A DNA stretch of 64,000 bases from Squalus acanthias (taxonomy: Eukaryota): assembly GCA_030390025.1 (NCBI GenBank), contig CM059432.1:59026001-59090000 (forward strand). Reading direction: 5' to 3'. The position numbers and the translations under genes are program-made. This document shows, in pieces, positions 1-11,991 of the stretch (position 1 is the first letter of the stretch; each line of letters begins with the position of its first letter). A model generated the notes under the pieces. The model was not told where the DNA came from. It was given only the letters and a program-made list of their open reading frames with translations, and ran no database searches.

Positions 1-364
1 GGTGTTTAAGATTATTAAAGGATTTGATAGGGCAGATAGAGAGAAACTATTTCCTCTGGTGGGAGAGTCCAGAACAAGGGGGCATAACCTTAAAATTAGA
101 GCTAGGGTGTTCAGGGCTGATGTCAGGAAGCACTTCTTCACACAAAGGGTAGTGGAAATCTGGAACTCTCCCCCCCCCAAAAAATCAATTGAGGCTAAGT
201 CAATTGAAAATTTAAAAACTGAGATTGATAGATTTTTGTTAGTCAAGTGTATTAATCCTTACGGAACCAAGGCGGGTCGATGGAGTTAAGATACATTCAT
301 CCTCTAATTGAATGGTAGAACAGGCTTGATGGACTGAATGGCCTACTCCTGTCCCTATGTTCCC
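1..364 (+). mobile_element. CR1 LINE 3' end (ORF2 C-terminus and 3' UTR), cut by window edge
   Basis: ORF FKIIKGFDR..LFPLVGESRTRGH..FFTQRVVEIWNS matches CR1 ORF2 C-termini elsewhere in the window. Tail gaatggcctactcctgtccctatgtt. Confidence 0.9.
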
Positions 365-1291
365 TGCTCTGTGCCTTACTACAGTAGTAATTCTTTTATT
401 ACTGCAGAAATCACTGACTATTGTATAGGGCCCAAGGAATGAGTTTATTTTGAATTCTGCTTAGTTTTCATTCAAGCCCATTTCTGTAATAAGTAGGATT
501 CCCATTAGAAACACTAAGAGCAAATTTTCCTGTCCCCTCCCTTGCCCCAGCAACACTTCTGCCCAAGGCCAGGAGCACTGGGATTTCCAATTTTGGGCGA
601 TTTACATGGCCCAGGAGCACCAATAGTGTAAGCCTGCCTTCTGACACAGCCTAGCATTGGTGGAAAGAGCATGAAAGCCAAGTGCAGTTGCAGGCCTCCG
701 TGACCTGAATCTGTATGTCGGGCCTCAGAGTTTGGGACTTTCTGGTGGCCAATGGAGATCGGCAACCAGAAGGTTCTGATTAAACTTCAACATCCTGGGG
801 GAGGGGAGAGTAGCAATTGACTAAAATATATTCACTCTCAAGTCTTTGGCCTGCCTTAGGGATCCCCACAGACCCTCTGGTCAGTGGGAGTTTGGGGGAA
901 GGCCACAGCGCCATGGTTTTTGGGCACTAGAAAATGAGGCAGAAGGCCAGGAATGCCCCCTCCCACCTCATTTGAATGACTGCAATGGGCCTGCATCCCC
1001 TGCAGCTGCTGGATAAACTATGCCCCTCCCCACCTCTTTGAGAAACCTCAGAAATTCTGGGTATATGTAAAAGGTGCAGAAACCTGGAAAAATGAGTCTC
1101 TGCCCCTATTCCTGATCTTTGAACCTGGGGAACTGGGTGTTCCCTTGGACCAAAAGTCAGGAAAATCGGCCCTTACAATCTCCCTCCAAAGATCCCATGG
1201 TGTAGAGAATCGGGGTGATGAACCATTAACAAATGCTTAGTGCAAGTTCAGCCTAGAAATTACAATTTGCATTAGTAGTGTATGAACACAT

Positions 1292-1980
1292 GGGCTGGAT
1301 TTTGATACTGGGGCGGGCTAGGGTCGTGTCATCCACTTTTCGTGTTATCCACCCGACTGCAATTGGATGTGGGAGATTGATGCGATTTTCACCTAATTGG
1401 GCAATTGAGTTCGAGCATGTGGGAACCCATAAACCAATTAGTGTTTTCAGTCTGAAAGTCGCCTCTGATGATGTCATCATTGCTGCTGCATTGAAAGTCT
1501 GCAAAGACTGCCTGGCCTTTGCTGTGAGAGGACCTGGAGGCAAAATGAGCAGCAGCAGCCCTAAGTCTGCTCCCAGATATTTTTGTACTACTACTACTCC
1601 TCCTCCTACTACTCCTCCACTCCAACTCCAACATCTCCGTTGTAATAGTGGACCTGCAGCTGATAGTCAGCTATCCAAATGTGCTCCCGCCAGGTTTCAC
1701 ATTCGTGGTTCAGAACAGGCATGCTTCACGTAGAAAAAGGGTTAAAATCACAAAGGCCTTTCAAAATGGCATTATAGAGGCAATTTCATGCGTGTTAAGG
1801 GCCTTAACAGCCTATCCCGCCTCTTAGAGGCGGGACGGAGTCGGGACCAGCAGACACGATTTAATGAAAATTGCGTGCAGGCGGGATGGAGGCGGGCTTG
1901 TGCCCGCCCACCAGTTTTTGCAATTTTAACCCCCCACACGCCTCCAAACCCACCTCCACGGGTCAATGAAAATCCAGCCC
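1292..1980. mobile_element. Non-autonomous PIF/Harbinger-like MITE
   Basis: Perfect 12-bp terminal inverted repeats GGGCTGGATTTT / AAAATCCAGCCC. TSD not preserved. Confidence 0.65.
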
Positions 1981-2327
1981 TTAACATGTTTGGCTGACAT
2001 TCCTCTACCCACTACTTTAATGGAGGTTTATTTTCAGTGGTTCACTGCTCTATTAAAACGGAATCAGTGGAATGTTATATGAACGCATTAAGTGTGCACT
2101 AATATCATAAACAATAACTTCCAGTCTCTAAAGTCATAAGTACAATATAATAGGCATGCCTCTGTACAGGCTGAAGTTTGTAATCACAGAGTTAATTGAA
2201 CTCACATTGTAAAACCAGACAATGTGATGGTTTTGTGGAAGATTGCATTTCAGGTGTGATATTACTGGAAAGAAAATGCAGTGGTTTAAGATCAGGTACA
2301 TGAAAGGATATATCACAGACTACTCAC

Positions 2328-2384
2328 CTGTAGACGTTAATAAAGCTCTTTTCCACCAAACATTTTCTCTCAGATTCTTTGAAG
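2328..2384 (-). CDS. HHLA1: HHLA1-like coding exon (phase 1-1), (A)SKNLRENVWWKRALLTST
   Basis: Strong acceptor tttttcttttgtctAG and donor acag|GTGAGT. 57 nt, open frame. Resembles human HHLA1 SGLREEERKEKGVAFLATT (recalled). Confidence 0.6.
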
Positions 2385-2717
2385 CTAGACAAAAGAAAAA
2401 ATCATATAATTGTACAAATCTCAGGTTCTGATTTCCCATTTCCCTAAACCAGTCATCTTTATCACATCAGACTGAAGTTGTCAATCTGAGGACTGTTTGT
2501 ATTGTGGATTGATGCCCACTCGGAAATGGGTTGAGATTTCCGAACTCACTACATGCTGGAACCTCAAGTGAATCACGTAACAGGCAGAGAAGACTTTTAT
2601 CCTATCAGTCTGCACTAGTTTCAGATCTAGGCCCCAGCAATGAAAGGGGAGTGTGTTAACACCTCCCAGTTATAGCACAACATTAAAATACTTACAAACT
2701 AATAGCAATATTAATAC

Positions 2718-2768
2718 CTACTGAGGTGCCACTTCTTTCGTCCTGTGCAAGATTTCTGTAACTAACAC
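2718..2768 (-). CDS. HHLA1: HHLA1-like coding exon (phase 1-1), (G)VSYRNLAQDERSGTSV
   Basis: Acceptor ctctgctgtcAG and donor gtag|GTATTA. 51 nt, keeps frame between the 5103 and 2384 exons. Alternative donors nearby make the 3' boundary uncertain. Confidence 0.45.
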   Translation of the reverse strand: MLVTEILHRTKEVAPQ

Positions 2769-3499
2769 CTGACAGCAGAGCAGTGTGGTTTATTGTGATT
2801 TTATTTCATCAAAACAGGTTTACGAAGAAATAATCTGTATTTATAATTGCATACAAAAAAAATCAAAGCCTATAAATTATAGTTTGTGATATTAGCATAC
2901 ATATGCTTAATGCATTCAGTTGAAAATCATCTGTGCATTATTGTAACAGAGGCATTAACCCACTTACTTTAAAAAAAATTAACACCGCCGTTAAATTGAG
3001 TAGAAAGGGGACCTCACATGACTGTCTTAAGCATTAATCTACTGATACTGAAAGTGGCAATTTTCAGGATATAGCGTACAATAATGCATCAGATTAGAAA
3101 TGCAAAAAGTCTTGCAAATTTGCATGCAATAGCAAACTCTCAACGAGTGAATTCACAATCAGCGTTAATTATCACAATACAGTTGTAACTATGATGTCAT
3201 CAGACCCAATAACACTGATGCCGAGATTCTCTGCAACACCAGTGAACAAATCAACATAGTATTATTACTGTAATAAAAGCATGTGTAGGATTCACTTGAA
3301 ACCAGCTGGGATAGTGTGGTTTGTAGTTTGCGAAGGGTAAATCTTTGGAATAGTTTTGCTTTCTTGTCTTTCAATTCATATGAAAATATTGTAGGTCAGA
3401 AGTGGTTAATATTTTCTAACTAATTACATTAAGAATATAATATTTCCCTATAACTGCAATCTTCTTGGTGATAAGCACTGTAACTTCCAGACTGTTTAC

Positions 3500-3547
3500 C
3501 GTTGAAAGTATCAGGAGAAAAAGGTGCTATGTGCTCCAGTGGGTTAG
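3500..3547 (-). CDS. Possible additional phase 1-1 exon, (A)NPLEHIAPFSPDTFN
   Basis: Acceptor tgtacAG has a weak pyrimidine tract. Donor acg|GTAAAC. 48 nt, frame-compatible. No homology recognised. Confidence 0.2.
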
Positions 3548-4225
3548 CTGTACAATTCAAGTTTAATCCCTTGTGTACTTCAGTAAGAACGTTTTGGTTT
3601 TCATGAATAAATCCTCCCAACTAGGGATTTCAACATGCATAACAGTATGATTAAAGCCGTGTTGTCCATAAACAGTGGCAAATACTGTTCAGATTAACTA
3701 TCATCTGATTAAAATCCTGATAAAGATCAATTTGGTCATATAAAACTATTTTTACTTATAGAAATGCAAAATATGTAGTTAAAATCAGATTTACAGGATC
3801 AAATCACTCCCGCACATCATTTTCAAAACCATAGCTGTAATCCAGTGTAATTTAAAATAAAATTCTTGGGTTTTCTTCCTTTACCATGAACTTGGTCGCA
3901 GATCAGCCATGATCTAATTGAATGGTGGAACAGGCTCGAGGGGCTGAATGGCCTACTATCCTATGCTTTCAAACTGCTGTGTGACAAAAATGTCTTAAAA
4001 AATTTGCAGTTGAGGTGCAGCTCACCCACATGTTGTGCATTTAGATGGGTAATCGGAAGGTGTGCTATGTTTAGCTCAATTACACTAAATTTAGACCTTA
4101 CACATCATCTTGGAATAAATTAATTTGAGTTTGATGAAAATTATACAAACGCTTCTATAGAGTGCTAGTCAAGACAGATGATTAGCCACATGTGACATTG
4201 GGAGAGGCTGGCAAATAGAAAATGT

Positions 4226-4776
4226 AGAGTTGAATTTTCGGGCCTCGTGCCCCGAAAAGTGCTGGGCAAAGACCTAGTGCCCCATGGCCATCGTCACTGT
4301 GGCCACAGCAATGTTCACCAGGGCCTACCACTGGGTGGCTGGATTGGGCCCAGTCAGGCGGTAGAACCATTTAAAATGCTAATCTGGGTCCTTTGACCTA
4401 TTTGAACTTAAATGAGCGGAGTGTGCATGGCGCACTCTCCAACCAGCGTCAGGTGGCGATCTGGTTGACGAGGAATCCCAAGGTGAGGCAGGGAGGAGCA
4501 GGAATTCTCCTCCCAGCTCAACAAACCTATGTTGGGCCACTGCTGCTTTGCTGCACAGAATGTCCCTCCACCTCAGGAACCTACCTTTCTCCGGCCTGAT
4601 GGTCGGCAGGGTCGCTTGATATTGTGGCAATATCTGGCCACAGCCTGCCGGCCCGATGTGAATAAGGCCGGTCCTCAAAATGTACCAGGCGAAAGTCTCC
4701 CGGCAGGAATACTGTGTGGCCGACCAGCACATTCCACTGCCGGCCACCCAGATTCCACTCTTGGGAAATCTATCCC
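4226..4776. mobile_element. Degenerate GC-rich MITE-like element
   Basis: Degenerate ends (gagttgaatttt ... aaatctatccc). Internal ggaggagcaggaattctcctccc motif is shared with similar elements at ~7790 and ~44165. Confidence 0.4.
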
Positions 4777-5102
4777 GTAGTTTCTGAGCTGAGACATCAA
4801 ATATTTTTACACTTGAATTGTTGGTTTCCATGGAAACCACAGGACCTTGACAGGGGCTAAGGCAGGAGTCTTCCATCTGTTTTAGATTTTTCCAGTTCGT
4901 CTGGGCTAGGTTCAAACTTAACTCCCAGAGGTGAAGATTTACTGAGCCACCCAGTTCCCATTGAATTATCTTTTTATAGCCATCACTATGGAGGATCCAT
5001 CAATAACTTATTTTTCTCTGTTAAATATGAGTTCATTTGAAAAGAGCTTTGCTGTACATAGTTTTTACTTAGCTCAGAGGAACCAGATAAATGAGTACGT
5101 AC

Positions 5103-5178
5103 CTATACTGATGAATATTATGAGCCCAATTAGTCCCACACACAGTCTAGCACATAGACTTCTTCTGAGTTCCTGCAT
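5103..5178 (-). CDS. HHLA1: First coding exon of HHLA1-like gene, signal peptide MQELRRSLCARLCVGLIGLIIFISI
   Basis: ATG at 5178 in caaaATGc context. Acceptor ttttttttcttgttaaAG (exon starts 5205). Donor atag|GTACGT, phase 1. Hydrophobic leader with LCVGL vs human LCMGL. Lies downstream of KCNQ3 on the same strand, as in human. Confidence 0.65.
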
Positions 5179-5843
5179 TTTGTATTCCTCACTGATAATG
5201 TTTGTCTTTAACAAGAAAAAAAAGTGTAATTTAAATTTTGAGTTTGACTATAAGACATTAATTGCAATTCAAGACATGTTCTATCCAAAAGGTGTAGTGC
5301 TGTGGAACATTTAGCTAAGACATACATTTCACAGGAATTAAGATTAGTGATTAAAGTGTCATTGTATGCAGACAAAAATATGCAGGAACTTGACATCTCA
5401 GTAATGACAGTGTATTAATTAAACCTCCTCCAAAGCACAAAGGTTTTTCCACGATGACCATAATTCTGGACCAGAATTTCATGGAGACTTGGGCCACTGT
5501 AATGGCACAGCTACGTCATAGGTAACATTGTACAAAGCAAAAGAAAGAGAAAATTATGGAATAAGTGACTTACGCCATGCCATAATTTCCCAGGACTTTT
5601 TTCAATCGCTGAAACTAAGAACTTTGTTCAAGCCGGACATTTTCTAATCTGAATCCCCTCACTCAGATCTCAAGTGACAGCCGTGCATCACTGGATATCA
5701 GTATTGATCTGAATGGCTACTGATCAGTAGTCCAAAGTGCCCCAGATACATTTCTCGACTGTTAATTTGCCTAAAAGTTGTGCTATCCTGGTCAGTGATT
5801 GCTTTTTAGAAATCGCCCTGAGATATCAATCTAGAGTCTCTAG

Positions 5844-6586
5844 ATTACTTCTTGCAATCTAGTATACTGTATTCGCTGCTCACGATGTGGTCTCCTCTAC
5901 ATTGGGGAGACCAAACGCAGATTGGGTGACCGCTTTGCGGAACACCTCCGTTCAGTCCGTAAGAGTGACCCCAAGCTTCCGGTCGCTTGTCATTTTAATT
6001 CACCTCTCCACGCCCACTCAGACCTCACCGTCCTCGGCCCCGTGCATTGTTCCACGGAAGTTCAGCGTAAGCTCGAGGAACAGCACCTCATCTTCCGATT
6101 AGGCACTTTACAGCCTTCCGGACTCAATATCGAGTTCAACAATTTCAGATCATAACCTCGGCCCCTACCACACATATATATATATACATTTTATCCACCC
6201 TTTTGGTTTGTGCCTTTTCCCTTTTTTTCTCTCTCTCTCCCCCTACGGCAGCTGTCTCTCATTCTGCCAGCATTTCACACTTCATACTTCTAGCCACCTT
6301 TTGTTTCTTAACCTGTCCCATTACCATCTCGTCTTGCCTTGAGCATCTCTTAATGTCTCTACTTACCATAGACCACCCCTTTTGTTCTTTTATTCCTCCC
6401 CCCAGCCTTCTCCTTGCTTTTTTATCTGTTTCATTTCCTGCTTTTTTTTCTCAGTTCTGATGAAGGGTTTCGACCTGAAACGTTAACTCTGTTTCTCTCT
6501 CCACGGATGTTGCCTGGCCTGCTGAGTTTTTCCAGTGTTTTCTGTTGTTGTTTCAATTTTCCAGCATCCGCAGTATTTTGCTATCG
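5844..6586 (+). mobile_element. Penelope-like retroelement 3' fragment (GIY-YIG endonuclease plus pLTR)
   Basis: Reads NLVYCIRCSRCGLLYIGETKRRLGDRFAEHLRS..HFN..EQHLIFRLGTLQPSGLNIEF. 12-bp TSD TAGAGTCTCTAG at 5832-5843 and 6587-6598. Confidence 0.9.
6452..6488 (+). ncRNA. Minimal type I hammerhead ribozyme in Penelope pLTR
   Basis: AGTT-CTGATGA-AGG(gtttcga)CCT-GAAA-CGTT-AACT. Conserved core, stem I AGTT/AACT, stem II AGG/CCT, palindromic AACGTT in place of stem III. Confidence 0.75.
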
Positions 6587-7899
6587 TAGAGTCTCTAGTC
6601 TCCTGATTAGGGGGGCAGTGTTTGTCTTGATGCAAGGGTTTTGGTTTGGGGCCCCTACACTGTGTGACACACGTACATTGACACACACAGCCTTACGGGC
6701 CAGCGACACCAATAGGCACACTGTCACTGCTTGGCATTGGAACACATCCATTAACATTGACCCAATCAGTGCACAGCAACATGCTTACTAGAGGAAAAGT
6801 GGCACAGAAACAGTATGCAGCTCACACATGTCCAGAAAGGAAAACACTCTCACAAACCAGCATACACTCAGTCAGTGAATAGAAACTAGCACAACATTTC
6901 CTGGTCAGTGATTGCTTTTTAGAAGTCTAAACAACATTTCCTTTGTCACCATTTAATCCACTTCTCCCAATCCGAGACAAATGTAGCCAGACACCAGTAT
7001 AAGCGCTACTGGGAAACACTGGTGTATATTTATGGGCACCTTTACAGGCAGGTAAATTCATGAGCAAACATAGAACACAAAACACTCATGAAACAACAGT
7101 TGAAAAGACCCCTTTCTGTTTGAAACTGAACCATTCCTTTCCATTTGTGGGTTCTAGTTTAAATGTGTTACAAAAGTAGCTAATGTCTTGGATTGAATTT
7201 TCAGAAATATTCAGCATAACTAAAATCAGCTGGCTCTGAAAACATCAGGCTAAAAGCTTTCTTTTCTTCTACAAAAATAGCTAGGGGAAGAATAAAGACA
7301 TCGAGAATAGACAACTTTTTCACTGGACTCAGTAAAGTGAAAAGCCTTTGCACTACAGCCAACGAGATGGATGGTAAGTGAGCGGGTTATGATAATGGGA
7401 TCTGTAAGATATTTGTCTGACAAACACAGAGATAGAAGCGTCTTTGATTGCTTCTGATCTCTATAATATTGCATTCTTTAAAAGATTACCGAGACACATA
7501 AAGAGAGAGTGGCGGTGCATCCCCATCATGATCCTTAATAAGTCATTGCAACTGAGATCATTGTCTGAAGCTGACTCATAGCCTTTTAACTGGTTAGTGT
7601 TTAGGTTTACAAGTAATTCATACACCAGAAAAGCCTGTTAAAACCTGCTCCATTAACCGCCTCTTCCTGCTCCATCATCCTATTTCCCATGGTCTTCTGC
7701 TAGTCATTGACTTCACTGGAAAGGAAATCAGGCAGAGTGTAAAATAGCCAATCGAACTGATATCAAAAAATACTTAGATGTATATGGAGCCTGAGGAGCA
7801 CTTCTGCTCCTCCCGGCTCCACTACAGTGCTGAAGACCATTGCTGGCCCCCGCTGGGCCCCCTCCCAATTGCCCTATCCCTCTCGATCACTTCCCCCTC

Positions 7900-8367
7900 T
7901 CCCTATCGTCCCCTTCCTCCCAATCACCCCCTCTCTTCCTATCGCCTCCCTGCTCTCCCAATCGCTCCCCTCCCGACCGTCCCCTTCCTCCCAATCACCC
8001 CCTCTCTTCCTATCGCCTCCCTGCTCTCCCAATCGCTCCCCTCCCTCCCGACCGTCCCCTTCCTCCCAATCACCCCCTCTCTTCCTATCGCCTCCCTGCT
8101 CTCCCAATCGCTCCCCTACCCTCCCGACCGTCCCCTTCCTCCCAATCACCCCCTCTCTTCCTATCGCCTCCCTGCTCTCCCAATCGCTCCCCTACCCTCC
8201 CGACCGCCCCCTTCCTCCCAATCACCCCCTCTCTTCCTATCGCCTCCCTGCTCTCCCAATCGCTCCCCTACCCTCCCGACCGTCCCCTTCCTCCCAATCA
8301 CCCCCTCTCTTCCTATCGCCTCCCTGCTCTCCCAATCGCTCCCCTACCCTCCCGACCGCCCCCTTCC
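7900..8367. repeat. 76-bp C/T-rich minisatellite, about 6 copies, inside a MITE-like element
   Basis: Unit ctcccgaccgtccccttcctcccaatcaccccctctcttcctatcgcctccctgctctcccaatcgctcccctacc starts at 8121, 8197, 8273 and 8349. Confidence 0.95.
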
Positions 8368-9002
8368 GTCTGTTCCAGGACCTACCTGAGGGCTGCTGCC
8401 AATGAGGCAGTGGCCCAAAATTTAAATCCTCTTCACCAGTGAGCTGCATGGAGACAGCATGTAAATGAGGCCCGAGTCCCAATATTGGGTGTGCCCCGGG
8501 CCTACCCGTTCTGCCGCAGGGATAACTCCCTGTGCCCAGTTTGCACGGCAGGTCAGCACAAAATAATTTCTCGACCAAACTCATCATGGAAAATTGTGCT
8601 TGGTAAAACTTTTCTTTGTTTAAAAACATATAACAAAATAAATTATGATGAAACACAGATTACTTGCATGTACATCATTGCAATGAAATTAACATAAGGC
8701 TCTTCTGGCAGTTCTCCCTCGACAAACTGAAAATAGGCTTGCCAAATAATTTTTCATGAAGACAATCCCCATTGAGGTAGTCTTGCTTGATCTTAGTTTA
8801 GATTAGATTCTAGGCAGATTAACTCAAAACTAAAGGATTATTTGAATGATAATTTCACCTTAACCTTTTAAATCAAAGTTTTCAAAGCATTGCAGTGTTA
8901 TCAGTTCTGTCATTACCAATAACAATTTTTCTCTCTGTATCCAATTTAAATTAAAAAAGTAAGAATAGAAATGCACAGTGCTCTCCCCTGAATGCAGCTT
9001 AC

Positions 9003-9057
9003 CTCCGTCTTCTGCTCAAGGCGATTTAATTTCAGAACACTAATCAAAAAGCACTAT
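9003..9057 (-). other. Candidate non-coding 5' UTR exon of the HHLA1-like gene
   Basis: Acceptor ctttgcAG and strong donor gag|GTAAGC. Stops in all three frames. The coding exon at 5205 has an acceptor, so an upstream exon is required. Confidence 0.3.
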
Positions 9058-9728
9058 CTGCAAAGATAATCCGACAGATGAGTTTTATGAAGTCTTCGTA
9101 AAAGGCATGTGGCAATGAATTTGAGCCACTGATGCCCACTAATCAAAACTCCTGTTTTGAATTTGCAGGTTAATCCAAGCTCACTGTTAAGGTATGTGAA
9201 ATTAGATCACGCATGAAGCAGGTAAAGTAGCTGTGGTATGCACAGGACCTAATCACTGAAATCAGTTTGCCTTGGAGACGTGTATCTAGCTTGAGTAAGT
9301 TGAGATCTAAGATACCTCTTGACTTTAACTACTAGCTATAATGATAGATTTGAAAGGTAAGTAATTAATGATGTGACTGCAGCTTTCAGGCGTACTATTC
9401 ATCACTTAGTAACTTCATTAACAGGACAAATAGCCTCTGTTTCTATCTAATAAGAGCATGTTCTGCCTCAAAGTTAATGATGCCTACGCACTGGCGTGAT
9501 ATTCAAGAAAGCTCTGCGACATAAAATGGGAAATTATAGTTTAACATCTGTAGTACGGTAGATATTCAAGAGTATTTTACAAGATACTGTCACTAGCAAT
9601 CCAAAGAGCACAGAGGTAACAATGAGCTGTCATCATGAACAGCTGCAAACAAAACATCATGCACGCATGTATGGAAAATATTTACTTAAATTAGTTAATG
9701 AAGGCTACCCAATGGTATAATATACTTG

Positions 9729-11508
9729 GGCTGGAATTTTTTGGAGAGTGAGTGGGGATGTTTGGAGGCAGGTCGGCTGGGAAAAAAAATGTTTTGACCG
9801 TGGGTAGGGAACCCGCTGACACCCCGCCGCCACGCTAGTCTCCCAGATGTCGGGTCTGTCATAGCTGAACAAACCCGACACCAAGCGGCGGGGGAGGCAA
9901 TTTACATCATTAGACAGATTGTTAAGAGGCAATTCATTAGTATGCTCACCTTTAAATTTTTAGAGTTCGCCAATGGCTTCCCCGCTGCTCGGGGCTCACG
10001 TTAGGTAAGGAGGTCGGGTGTTGTGTCAGCATGGGATGATTTATTTACTTGACAGCTGCAAATGGTCTATAAAAGCTCCCATTTCATAGGTGTTCACTTT
10101 CCAAGGTTAGAAGCTGTTACTTACTGCATTTGGAAGACAGATTGAGCTTTATGCAGCTTGCAAGTGTTTGGAGTTAACTCTCTATCCAGTGTCACCTCAT
10201 TGGAACAACCTCTCTCACCATTGACAGATCGCTTCTGTCATCTCAACCTCACCTGCCATCTATTCCATCAGCATCGGTGCCCTTTAAAAAATTTCACCTT
10301 GGTCCTCAGAATCCCACCACGATCAGCCCCAACACCAGCAGCACCAGGCACACCAGCAGCACTAACAGCCACACCAAACATCTCCGCAATCACCCGATGC
10401 TGCACAGGACACAGGGCATCAGCACTTGACCACATTGCTGTCCGGGATGCCAGGGATGGCCTCATCATGGCCACATTTACTTCACTTGATGCTGTACACC
10501 CTGGCTGCCACATGGTGCGCCAGATTGGCACCACCCCACACCAACACCATAAAGCATCTCTACAATGCCCAACCCATTCCTTTCACACTCATTTGTTATG
10601 TCTCACCCTTCACTGCAACTCACTAAGCCACTTCCAAAGGTGCACACAAATCTTTCCAAGAACGTTAAGGGTTGAAAATAAAGATTTCAATGTTTGACAG
10701 CACATTAACAGAAACTTCACATGAACATTGGCTAAATCACCCAAGTGCCTACCCTTGTGTGCTGTTAGTTGGTATGATTGGACTAGGATGAGGGTGAGTG
10801 TGAGGGGTGGTTAGTGAGATGGGGAAGTGATAATGTAGATAGAAAGGGATGGGTGGAGGTGCAAGGTTAGTTGGTGTGAGTAAGGATGTGCAGGGATAGG
10901 GTAGGGAAGACAGAGTGATGGGATGTGATGAGTGGCACAGCAGGATGAGGTTGAGTGTGACTTTGCAGTAATGTTTCGTGATCTACTGGGATCATTGAAA
11001 TGTTTGCGCCACTGCGGCCTGGTCCTCCTAACGACATCCCTGCTTGTGTCCTCCTGTGCAATGTGCAACCAGGCTGCGTTGATCTCCTGGAGGGGTCTCT
11101 TCCGCCCATTGGAAGGGAAGAGAACCTCCCTGTGTGCTGTGACTCCCTCCATAAGCATATGGAGGGAGTCATGGGAGAGCCTGGGTGCAGGCGTGCACCT
11201 TTGTGCAGTGCTTGTCAGTGTTTGCAGCACCTCAATGCTGCAGAACACTGACAGCAGAACTGTCAAAAACAATTTGCGCATGGTCCCTTTAAGGAAACCG
11301 GCTCATGACGCGTCATCAAATGACATCATCAGACCCGCTTCCTTCAATTGGCCAGGAAACGTGCTAGGCGGGCTTAAAAAGCCCAATTGGCATAAAATTC
11401 TTTTCACAGAGTGGGATGGAGCTAGCAGCGGGTTTGCACCCTGCCACCGACCACAGTGGACCCGCCTCAGACCACAGTGGACCCGCCTCAGAAGGCAAAA
11501 TCACGGCC
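9729..11508. mobile_element. Internally deleted PIF/Harbinger transposon
   Basis: TIRs GGCTGGAATTTT / AAAATCACGGCC and TSD TTG. Myb/SANT remnant on the minus strand (PRLSHDSL..VLFP..AAW..W RKHFND, ~10980-11200). Transposase C-terminal remnant on plus (ARDGLIMATF). Confidence 0.8.
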
Positions 11509-11573
11509 TTGGATTTCAGATGGAATTTGATATAGTCCCACATGTGAAGCTTTTAAAGAGAATTAATACTCAT

Positions 11574-11991
11574 GGGGGTCAATTGCACATCTATTGCCTG
11601 GCGTTAATAGGGCAGTAACACCCTTAAACTGACATTGGTAGCCTTACCACCCTGGTAACACTGACAAGAGGCTGGCAACGTTTTGAAAGGGGCCTATCAC
11701 TCAGTGCCCAAAGTGACTGTCTGTTTCAGGCAGTAGGCCTCTTTTAATATGAAAATAGGGGTCATAGGCCCCTCATTATCATTTTAGGTCAAAACTGGTC
11801 AGAGTGTGTGCCGTGCAAACTCCGACCAGTTCCACGGGCGATGGAACCGAAGAGGCCCAGCCGAGGTAAATTTTGAATTTTTTTTTGTCGGGCCCACCGG
11901 TTCCTCAAGATCACAGCCGCCTCTTCGCCAAGGGTATGGTGACCAGCCGGTGCACTCTGCCAGTCCCTTGCTCAAAAGTCAAAATCTACCC
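11574..11991. mobile_element. MITE inserted in CR1 RT
   Basis: Ends GGGGGTCAATTG / CAAAATCTACCC. The CR1 sequence stops and resumes on either side. Confidence 0.55.

Noticed and set aside
2206..2265. Possible minus-strand exon (ttccAG..aat|GTGAGT) after the 2328 exon
   Set aside because: It would need an intron of only about 60 nt, and the translation does not resemble the expected LPARSID..NLTELVN segment.
4961..5314. Plus-strand 117-aa ORF with YFSLLNMSSF, faintly like HHLA1 FFSLLSVTSY
   Set aside because: No splice support, and it overlaps antisense the better supported signal-peptide exon. Likely coincidence.
7250..7474. ORF and plus-strand ATGGATG|GTAAGT first-exon-like signal near 7367
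   Set aside because: No downstream plus-strand exons or recognisable protein were found.
7778..8442. Proline-rich ORFs in several frames
   Set aside because: Artefact of the stop-free C/T-rich 76-bp minisatellite.
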